The notes under the pieces: generated by a model
What the model saw: the letters and a program-made list of their open reading frames with translations, nothing else
Database searches by the model: none
Told to the model about the DNA's origin: nothing
Position numbers and translations under genes: made by a program
NCBI GenBank assembly: GCA_031416315.1
Contig: JANOTL010000006.1
Span: 1 to 22,356 of the forward strand
DNA from: Pseudomonadota bacterium
Lineage (GTDB): Bacteria > Bdellovibrionota_B > Oligoflexia > Oligoflexales > CAIYRB01
Reading direction: 5' to 3'
Length of the DNA: 22,356 nt
Shown: piece by piece, positions 9,893 to 16,884 of the stretch
How positions within the stretch are numbered: the first letter of the stretch is position 1
How the letters are laid out: each line of letters opens with the position of its first letter

Positions 9893-10444
9893 TCACTGAT
9901 CTTTGGTGCGGGCGCGGAAGTCCTCGGGACGCTCGTAGTCCGTGAGGGACCAGATGCCACGGTCCGCGTCCTTCGCGGCCTTCTCAGCGTTGCGGTAGGC
10001 TTGCGCCGCGATCTCGCTGTCGGACCAGATGTAGGTCTCGGCGTGGCCGCGCTTCACCATCTCGACGTTGACGAGCATGGTGCCTAGATAAACCTCGCCG
10101 AGGGTGCGGCCGTACGTGTCGGCCTTCACGGCGTGCAGCTTCACGTGCTTGCCCTTGATCAGCTCGTTGAGCGCCTTGCGCGCCTCCTGGCCGAGGGGCT
10201 GGCCATCATTGCCCTCGCCGCCAGAGGTTTCCGGCGCGTCGATGCCGATGAAGCGCACTTTCTGGTCGGAGCCGCCGCCGTCGAGCTCGATGACGCAGGT
10301 GTCGCCGTCGTGGCAAGTCTTGACCGTGCCATAGACGTCGGTGTCGGGGGCTAGAGCTTTGGCGGCACTGGACTCGGGGGGCTTGTGACCGCAGGCACTG
10401 AGGACGACGAGGCTGACGAGGGGGAGAACGTAAGACTTCAACAT
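9893..10444 (-). CDS. Thermonuclease (staphylococcal nuclease family) lipoprotein
   Basis: DGDT, VRFIGIDAPE, DTYGRTLG, NVEMVKRGHA and RGIWS motifs; lipobox LSAC; GGAGG RBS before ATG 10444. Confidence 0.94.
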   Translation of the reverse strand: MLKSYVLPLVSLVVLSACGHKPPESSAAKALAPDTDVYGTVKTCHDGDTCVIELDGGGSDQKVRFIGIDAPETSGGEGNDGQPLGQEARKALNELIKGKHVKLHAVKADTYGRTLGEVYLGTMLVNVEMVKRGHAETYIWSDSEIAAQAYRNAEKAAKDADRGIWSLTDYERPEDFRARTKDQ

Positions 10445-10461
10445 GGGTAACCTCCGCAACA

Positions 10462-10493
10462 ACAGGAACGACAGGAACGACAGGAACGACAGG
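10462..10493. repeat. 9-bp tandem repeat (ACAGGAACG)x3 plus ACAGG in the nuclease leader
   Basis: Directly visible at 10462-10470, 10471-10479, 10480-10488 and partially at 10489-10493. Confidence 0.9.
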
Positions 10494-10500
10494 TCGACGT

Positions 10501-10570
10501 TGTAACGATAACCTATGTTAAAAATATTTTAATCTTGTTTTATATATTTCATTGAAAATTAAGGGATTTT
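10501..10570. promoter_or_regulatory. AT-rich intergenic tract with palindrome TTAAAA-ATA-TTTTAA (10518-10532); probable nuclease promoter/operator region
   Basis: The most AT-rich stretch of the window, directly upstream of the nuclease gene. Confidence 0.45.
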
Positions 10571-10679
10571 ACAGAGCGAAGTGCTGCTCTTTTCAGGGAG
10601 GAGCTTTCGGGATTGACGGCCATCTGACGCGACGAGGTGCTGCAACATTGAGCAAATCGTCGAAACGCCACCTCAGAGC

Positions 10680-10890
10680 CACCTCGAGCTTGTGCCCTCG
10701 GACCGCGTCGCTCTCGCGCGTGCTGGAGAGATCTGGCGTGTGTAACGCAAGAGTGGTGGAACGCGCGCGCGGATGGTGCCCGATTTCCTGATCGGCGCGC
10801 ATGCGGTGGTCCGTGCGGGAGCGCTGCTAACAAGGGCCAAAGGTTTCTATCGCGCGCACTTCAAAAAGCTGTCCATCGTCGAACCGACGG
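10680..10890 (+). pseudogene. PIN-domain (VapC-like) toxin remnant, C-terminal half
   Basis: In-frame LELVPSDRVALARAGEIWRV*RKSGGTRARMVPDFLIGAHAVVRAGALLTRAKGFYRAHFKKLSIVEP matches the PIN subfamily pattern DFLIGAHA...LLTRD..FYR..F..L...P. There is an internal TAA at 10743-10745, the conserved Asp of LTRD is Ala, and no intact N-terminus is visible. Confidence 0.8.
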
Positions 10891-11116
10891 CAGCGAGCAA
10901 AAAAAGCGTCGTCAATGGCGCATCAGGCTCGCGAGCGCGATCCCGACGGCGTTCGAAGCATCCCATTCTCGCAACGATGCTCCTCGGCGAGGACCCGGGG
11001 ATCTGCGCGTATCGCAGCTCACCAGAAGTCTGCGGCGCAGCTGCCGCAGATACCTAGGGACGATGCGTGCGCCGGCGTCGTAATGTCTTGCCATTGCCAC
11101 CCGAAATGGTCCCAAC

Positions 11117-13195
11117 GTGATCGAGACCCAGAAATCGTCGCCGAGCGGAGTCTCGCGCAGTCGAGCCGATGCGACCGCATACCGCGCCGACATCGACGGT
11201 CTTCGCGCCGTTTCGGTTCTCGCGATCATCGTGCACCACCTCGAGCGGTCGGCCCTGCCCGGGGGCTTCGTCGGAGTCGACGTTTTCTTCGTCATCTCCG
11301 GCTTTCTCGTCACGCGCAAGGTCGTCGAAGCGCAACGTCGCGGCGCCTTCTCGTTTTTCGACTTTTACCTCGGCCGGGTCCGGCGCCTCGCGCCGGCCTT
11401 CTTCCTCATGGCTACCACGACGCTCGCGGCGGGCTTCATCCTGCTTTTGCCGGGCGATATGATCCGCCTCGCGGAATCCGCGATCTGGGCGACCTTTTCG
11501 CTCGCGAACGTCTTCGCTTGGGCGCGGACGGATGAGGGATATTTCGCCGCTTCGAGCTCGGAGATGCCCTTGCTCCACACCTGGTCGCTTGGAGTCGAAG
11601 AGCAGTTTTACCTGCTGTGGCCGGCCGCGCTCCTTTTGGCCGGGGCCGCCCGAAAGCCTTGGGCACGTTCCGTCGTGCTGCCGGCGATCGTCGGCGTCGC
11701 ATCGTTCGGCTGTGCCGAGGCGTTCAACATCTCGAGGCAGAGCTTCGCGTATTACATGCTCCCCGCGAGGGCCGGCGAGTTGATGATCGGGGCGATGCTC
11801 ACGTTCGCGAGCGATGCTAGCAAAGTCGACACGCTCGAGCGGCGGCCATTCCTAGTCGATCTCATCGCCGTGGTAGGCTTCACGATGCTCGCGTTTTCGG
11901 CCCTTACTTTCCACGAACGCACCCCGTTCCCCGGTTTGTTGGCGCTTGTGCCCTGCGTCGGCGCCGCTGCCGTGATGTTTGCGGGAGAGTACGGCTCTCG
12001 AATCGTCGCGCGTCTCCTGACGCCGCGTCCTATCGTCTTTCTCGGATTGATCTCGTACGGGCTCTACCTTTGGCATTGGCCAATTCTCGCCTTCATCCGC
12101 TACTTTCATGGGACCATAGAATTCGGACCGGGTGCCCTTGCCGTCGTCGCGATTCTGGCCCTCGCCACCGTGAGTTACCGACTGGTCGAGCGTCCCGCGC
12201 GACGCTGGCGCGTGCAGCCTTCGAAGCAGCTCGGCTATTGTCTCGTCGGTCCATCGGCCGCTCTGATCGTGGCGGCCTTGGGCATCTTCTGGACGCGCGG
12301 CATGGAGAACCACGTTACGTCGCTGCCGCGCTATCGTGAGACCGCCGCCATCGAGGCGGGGAACACGCCGATGTATCGGCAGCGCCAGGCATGCCTAATG
12401 CCTGTGGCTGACGCGCATAGCATGGATGATGACCATTGCGTCATCGGCTCGGAAGAGGGCACGACCGGAAAGGAAGATTCGGGGGTATTGCTGTGGGGCG
12501 ACTCGCACGCGGCGCACTACGTTCCAATCGTTTCGCAGGTCGCGGCCCGAGCGGGACTGCGGGTCCGGACTGCCAGCCATCCGACATGCCCGCCAGTTTT
12601 CGGCGGCGAGTACGGCGCCGGCAAGTATCGCGTCGGCTGCGGCGATTTCAGGTCGCTCGTCGAGAAGGTGATCTCGAGTGGAAGATTCCACACCGTCCTG
12701 ATCGGCGCGAGCTGGGGTAGCTATTATGGCCAACCAAGCTTTCGCACGGACCTGGAGCGGACGCTCCGGGAGCTCAATGAGCTCAAGATTGAGATCTTGA
12801 TCCTGGGGCAAACTCCGTACTTTCCGGATTATCACCGCATGTGTGACTTGCGCGGCCTGCGACTCGGCGGCATCGACTGTCGCGGCCGTCGCGAGTCGAA
12901 GCATCTGCGACGGTCGGATGCAAATAAGTACCTCGAGCAATTGGCGGCGGCGCGGCCATTGAGACATTATTTCGACGTCTGGGGGATCCTTTGCCCAAAC
13001 GGGAAGTGCTCGCCTTACCTCGACGATCAGCCCGTCTACTTTGACGGTGCTCATCTGAGCGAAACGGGAGGGAGGTTGATCGGGCGAAAAATCCTCGACC
13101 TGGCTGACCGCGAGCCAAACCAATTGGTCGCGGTACTGAATCGCGTCGGCAGCCGGCAGAATGCCGCGGACTCGGCCGATCGTAGTCCGCCGTGA
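11117..13195 (+). CDS. Acyltransferase family 3 fused to an SGNH domain (OafA/OafB-like surface-polysaccharide O-acetyltransferase)
   Basis: YRADIDGLRA, GVDVFFVISGFL, LHTWSLGVEEQFY and GLISYGLYLWHWP; C-terminal GDSHA and DxxH (DGAH) SGNH catalytic motifs. Confidence 0.94.
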   Translation: MIETQKSSPSGVSRSRADATAYRADIDGLRAVSVLAIIVHHLERSALPGGFVGVDVFFVISGFLVTRKVVEAQRRGAFSFFDFYLGRVRRLAPAFFLMATTTLAAGFILLLPGDMIRLAESAIWATFSLANVFAWARTDEGYFAASSSEMPLLHTWSLGVEEQFYLLWPAALLLAGAARKPWARSVVLPAIVGVASFGCAEAFNISRQSFAYYMLPARAGELMIGAMLTFASDASKVDTLERRPFLVDLIAVVGFTMLAFSALTFHERTPFPGLLALVPCVGAAAVMFAGEYGSRIVARLLTPRPIVFLGLISYGLYLWHWPILAFIRYFHGTIEFGPGALAVVAILALATVSYRLVERPARRWRVQPSKQLGYCLVGPSAALIVAALGIFWTRGMENHVTSLPRYRETAAIEAGNTPMYRQRQACLMPVADAHSMDDDHCVIGSEEGTTGKEDSGVLLWGDSHAAHYVPIVSQVAARAGLRVRTASHPTCPPVFGGEYGAGKYRVGCGDFRSLVEKVISSGRFHTVLIGASWGSYYGQPSFRTDLERTLRELNELKIEILILGQTPYFPDYHRMCDLRGLRLGGIDCRGRRESKHLRRSDANKYLEQLAAARPLRHYFDVWGILCPNGKCSPYLDDQPVYFDGAHLSETGGRLIGRKILDLADREPNQLVAVLNRVGSRQNAADSADRSPP

Positions 13196-13199
13196 TCAA

Positions 13200-13371
13200 C
13201 CGCGCGCAGATTGCGCACGAGGACTGGAACAGGAGTCAGGAAATGCGTGGGACCCGAACTCTGGTTGCTCGGGTCGGGAAGAAAGCGTACGACGTCTCGC
13301 TTGGCAGCCTCAAGGTCCATAGACCTCGCTCTTTCGATGGCCCATGCGACGAACGATGGCGGCGAAAGCGG
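13200..13371 (-). pseudogene. C-terminal remnant resembling an AbiEii/AbiGii-family nucleotidyltransferase toxin
   Basis: PLSPPSFVAWAIERARSMDLEAAKRDVVRFLPDP, then after a frame change EQPEFGSHAF, resembles the D...AK.DV..F..DP..L..WS..FF tail of that family. Recognised from memory of the family, not from a search. Confidence 0.45.
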
Positions 13372-13454
13372 TTTGTCTTGACGAACGGCTTGAAGTATTG
13401 CGCCTGAATGATGCGCGCCTCGTGCCCGAGTTCCTGGATCCGCCGCGCCCAGTA
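13371..13454 (-). mobile_element. IS110-family transposase fragment (28 codons)
   Basis: YWARRIQELGHEARIIQAQYFKPFVKTN matches the IS110 DEDD-domain segment (H)YWAR.L..LGHEVRLI.AQYVKPFVK.NKND; truncated on both sides. Confidence 0.82.
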
Positions 13455-13476
13455 TCCCGCGATGGTACCAGAAATC

Positions 13477-14832
13477 TCAAGGGCATTTGAAAGCGTCGGC
13501 GAGGCGATCCTCGGCGTAGGCGGGGAAGACGGCTTTCACGACGGCGCACTGCGCCGCGTTCAAGTCCTTGTTCGGCGCGACCGTGAGGAGGGCCTCTTCG
13601 ATCACGGCGTCGAAGTCGAGCGAGGCGTCGCGATCGGCGCGCTGAAGGTCGCCGAGGCGGCGCGACCATGCGAGCAGGTAGGCGGACTGCGAGGAGACGT
13701 CGCCTTCGCCCGAGGCGCCGAACAAGCGGGCGATGCCGTGGGCGATGATGGCGCCGATGGCGTGCTCGTCCTGGAGGTTCGGCTCGTTGCAGGTGGCGCG
13801 CGGCGGGCCTTTGGTCTCGGAGAAGTAGAGACCCAAGACCTCGCGGTCCAGGGCTTTGACGCGGCCGTCGGCGAAGACGGGCGAGCCGACGTCGCGGTTC
13901 TTCTCGAAGCAGTCGAGACCATCTGTCTGGCCGGTTTTGCCGCCTAGGGCGTAATACGCGAAAAGGTCGGCGTAGCCTTCGTTCGCGGCGTCCCAGACGT
14001 CCTCGTCGCCAACGTCGCGGTCGACGAGGGCTAAGCCCAAGTTCTTCGCGTTGCGCGTGAAGCTGACGACGCCGGTATGCGTGCGGAAGACGTGGTGGCC
14101 GTACTCGTGCGCCAGCACCCAGGGGATCTCCCAGAGGTTCAGGCCCTTCCAAAGGCCTTGGCGCACTGCTTCGCGGCTCTTCGGATAGACGACGAAGACG
14201 GGCGAGCCGCCGAATTCGGACACGTAGGCCAAGTTGTCGGAGCTGATCTCGCGTTTGACGACGGCGCCGGAGCGATCCTTCACTTGCTTCTCGATCGAGG
14301 GCAGGACGAGGAGGTAGGCGGCGAGGATCGAGGTCTGTTGGCCCTCGATGCCGCGATAGAAGGCTTCGGCCTGGTTGATGCTGGCCAAGCTCGAGAGCGC
14401 TACGCCTTCGACCGAGACGCGGTCGTAGGCTTTGGCTTGCGTGCAAATCCGCAGCGCTCGCTCGGTGCCGATAGTCTTCGACTCGCCGTCGCAGGTCTCG
14501 AGGTCGCCGTCCACGCAGGTCTTCACCTGGCGGAAATCGTAAAAGGTGGCGCTGACCGCCGAGCTTTTCAGGGTGTCGGTGGCGGAGGTGCCGTCAAAGG
14601 CGAACTTGGTCGAGCGCGAGGCGCCCTCCTGCCATTGGAAGATGGACTGGGAGCCGACGTCCGCCAAGCCGCCTTTCGCCTGACAATCCAGGTCCTGGAC
14701 GAAATAGCGGTCCGCGAGGGCGGCGTCGTTCGGCAGCTGGTCGATGACCTCGACCTTCTTCTCTTCTTGAATGCGAACGCCGCAGCCGGAAGCGATTGCG
14801 GACGCCGCGAGGAACAAGGGTAGGAGCTTCAA
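13477..14832 (-). CDS. Lipoprotein zinc metalloprotease (gluzincin, M4/M36-like)
   Basis: Lipobox ASGC, HEXXH (AHEYGHH), third ligand in NEGYAD and a downstream DEHAIG motif; TTG start after CGAGG. Confidence 0.78.
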   Translation of the reverse strand: MKLLPLFLAASAIASGCGVRIQEEKKVEVIDQLPNDAALADRYFVQDLDCQAKGGLADVGSQSIFQWQEGASRSTKFAFDGTSATDTLKSSAVSATFYDFRQVKTCVDGDLETCDGESKTIGTERALRICTQAKAYDRVSVEGVALSSLASINQAEAFYRGIEGQQTSILAAYLLVLPSIEKQVKDRSGAVVKREISSDNLAYVSEFGGSPVFVVYPKSREAVRQGLWKGLNLWEIPWVLAHEYGHHVFRTHTGVVSFTRNAKNLGLALVDRDVGDEDVWDAANEGYADLFAYYALGGKTGQTDGLDCFEKNRDVGSPVFADGRVKALDREVLGLYFSETKGPPRATCNEPNLQDEHAIGAIIAHGIARLFGASGEGDVSSQSAYLLAWSRRLGDLQRADRDASLDFDAVIEEALLTVAPNKDLNAAQCAVVKAVFPAYAEDRLADAFKCP

Positions 14833-14860
14833 GGGGGCCTCGGCAACAGCAGGAGCGAGA

Positions 14861-14884
14861 GCAGCAGCAGCAGCAGCAGCAGCA
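14861..14884. repeat. Trinucleotide microsatellite (GCA)8, i.e. (CTG)8 on the coding strand
   Basis: Perfect run in the 66-nt gap between the NERD-helicase and the metalloprotease genes. Confidence 0.92.
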
Positions 14885-14898
14885 GGGGGGACTCGGAC

Positions 14899-16881
14899 TT
14901 AGGCGCTGACCAGCACTAGATCACAAGCGATCGTGACTTGACCCTCGGTCCGCGGACGGAACTTGATCTTCGTGCCGACCTTCAGGGCGGCGAGCTCGGC
15001 CCTTTGGACGTCGCTCGGGAAAAACATGATTGAGCCCTGGGTGAAAGACGGATCGTCGACCGCGATCCAACCCACGCGCTCGGGGTTCCAGTGCGCGACG
15101 CGGCCCGAGAACTCGAAGTCGGCCTTGGAGCCTTCCAAGACCATCGTCCCGGTCGTCTTGATCGCGGTGAGCGCTTTCTCGAACGCGGCGAGCTTCGGAT
15201 CGTTCTCTTGCACGAAGACGTAGAGCATATGCTTGGCGCGCGTGCAGGCGACGTAGATCAGGCTGGACATGATCGGATGGTCGACGGGGAGGTTGTACTC
15301 GCTGACGTTGAGTAGGATGCCGACCGGCGTCTCCATGCCCTTGAAGCCGGCGATGGTCGAGATGCCGAGCGTGTCCTTCGGGGCTTTCGCCTCTTTCCAG
15401 GACTTCTTGCCGGTCGAGGAGAGCTTGTGCAGCGGGATCTTCACGATCTCTTCGGTTTGATAGAGCACCGACTCGCGGGCGGCCGGGTTCCGGGCGGAGA
15501 GGAGCGTGATCTCTTCGTTGGAGAGGCCTTCCTCACGCGTCAGCTTGCGGACGAGCTTGCCGAGGATGCGGCGTGCGTCCTCCGCGTCTTTGTAGACGAT
15601 GATCTCAGGGACGTAGCCGAGGCGGCCGCAGTGCGATTGCAAGACGCCGTCGTTGGTGCGGAAGGCGCGGGCGAAGGTCGCGATCTCGCGCGTGGTCCGG
15701 TAGTTGTGGACCAGGGGAAAATACGGCGGCTTGATCGGCAGAGCTTGCGAGGCGTCGAACTTTTGGCCCTCGCCGCCGGAGCCGAAGAGGCCCTGGCTGC
15801 CGTCGAAGAAGATGTAAAAGCGGTCGGCGATCAAGGTCTCGATCGCGTCCCACCAGAAGGGCTGCACGTCCTGCGCTTCGTCGCAGATGACGACGTCGTA
15901 CTTCTTGTTTACGCTCAGGATGGCCTTTTTCAGGCGCTCGGGCGCCTCATATTGCATCCAGTCGTCTTTTGCGCCGGTGAAATCCTGGGGCGCGATGAGA
16001 AGGTTGACGCCGAAGTCCATCGCTAGCTCGGGATAGGTGGCGACGGCGATGCCTTCGCCGAGATCTTTCTGCAGGCAGAGGTTGAGCAGTGAGTTGGAGC
16101 CGAGCACGAGGACGGATTTCCCGGCGTCGCGAAAGTGCTTCGCGAGCATCACGGCGAGCATGGTCTTGCCGGTTCCGGCCTCGCCTTCGATGCCCAAGCG
16201 CTTCGAGGAGGCGATCGGGGTGATTAGGGTCTCGTGGATGGACTCGACGTCCTTGACGCGGTGCTCGTGGCTGTCCAGGTAGTCGCGCAGGTACATCTTG
16301 GTGGTGAAGGTCGAGCCGATCAGCAAGCGGTCGAGCTCGGCGCCGACGTCGTCGAAGCGCAGGTACTGCTCGGGCTGCGATTTATGCACGAGGGTCTTCA
16401 GCGCGCTCTCGAGGTCCTTGATGCGGTTGCGTCCGATGATGATCTCGCGGGCGTGGTTCGCCGTCTCGGGAAACTCCTCCTCGGCCGCGCTCGGGAAGCA
16501 GACGGCGTGGCTGACGGGGACTCTGATGTTGCTCTTGCGCAGGAAACGCAGGAAGCGGCTCTTCCAGACGAGAGCCTGCTGGAAGGGGTCTTTGATCTCG
16601 AAGGTCTCGCCGTGGCGGTTCATCGAGGAGAAGTTGCCGTTCTCGTAGCGGATGCGCCCGCCTTTCACTTCCACGACGACGACGCCGTATTGCGGGTGGT
16701 AGAGGACGAAGTCCATCTCATTGTCTTTGAGGCCGCCGTCTTCCATCTGCGAGAGGGTGCAGGAGAAGAAGACGCGCCAGGCGCTTCCGAGCTGCGTCTT
16801 CGCCGCTTGGTAGAACTGCTCTTCGGCGGCGGAGCCGAAGATCACGCGGGCTTTGTCGCTGTCGGGATGCATGCGGGCCAT
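14899..16881 (-). CDS. NERD nuclease plus superfamily-1 (UvrD-like) helicase plus C-terminal cold-shock/OB-fold domain
   Basis: NERD EMDFVLYHPQYGVVVVEVKGG...DPFQQA; Walker A GEAGTGKT; DEAQD; NYRTT; TIAGFKGME; YVACTRAK. The C-terminal GRVAHWNPERVGWI...IMFFPSDV...LKVGTKIKF...ACDL resembles a CSD. Confidence 0.9.
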   Translation of the reverse strand: MARMHPDSDKARVIFGSAAEEQFYQAAKTQLGSAWRVFFSCTLSQMEDGGLKDNEMDFVLYHPQYGVVVVEVKGGRIRYENGNFSSMNRHGETFEIKDPFQQALVWKSRFLRFLRKSNIRVPVSHAVCFPSAAEEEFPETANHAREIIIGRNRIKDLESALKTLVHKSQPEQYLRFDDVGAELDRLLIGSTFTTKMYLRDYLDSHEHRVKDVESIHETLITPIASSKRLGIEGEAGTGKTMLAVMLAKHFRDAGKSVLVLGSNSLLNLCLQKDLGEGIAVATYPELAMDFGVNLLIAPQDFTGAKDDWMQYEAPERLKKAILSVNKKYDVVICDEAQDVQPFWWDAIETLIADRFYIFFDGSQGLFGSGGEGQKFDASQALPIKPPYFPLVHNYRTTREIATFARAFRTNDGVLQSHCGRLGYVPEIIVYKDAEDARRILGKLVRKLTREEGLSNEEITLLSARNPAARESVLYQTEEIVKIPLHKLSSTGKKSWKEAKAPKDTLGISTIAGFKGMETPVGILLNVSEYNLPVDHPIMSSLIYVACTRAKHMLYVFVQENDPKLAAFEKALTAIKTTGTMVLEGSKADFEFSGRVAHWNPERVGWIAVDDPSFTQGSIMFFPSDVQRAELAALKVGTKIKFRPRTEGQVTIACDLVLVSA

Positions 16882-16884
16882 AGT

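Noticed and set aside
10462..10493. CRISPR-like or iteron array
   Set aside because: The units are 9 bp, directly abutting with no spacers, and there is no cas or rep gene.
13192..13407. 71-aa plus-strand ORF overlapping the acyltransferase stop
   Set aside because: Antisense to the recognisable IS110/AbiEii-like fragments; no motif of its own.
10570..13476. Integron cassette array (TA genes plus acyltransferase)
   Set aside because: No integrase, and I could not find convincing attC RYYYAAC...GTTRRRY boundaries.
13310..14446. 378-aa Arg-rich ORF on the minus strand
   Set aside because: Alternative frame of the metalloprotease; composition typical of GC-rich shadow ORFs.
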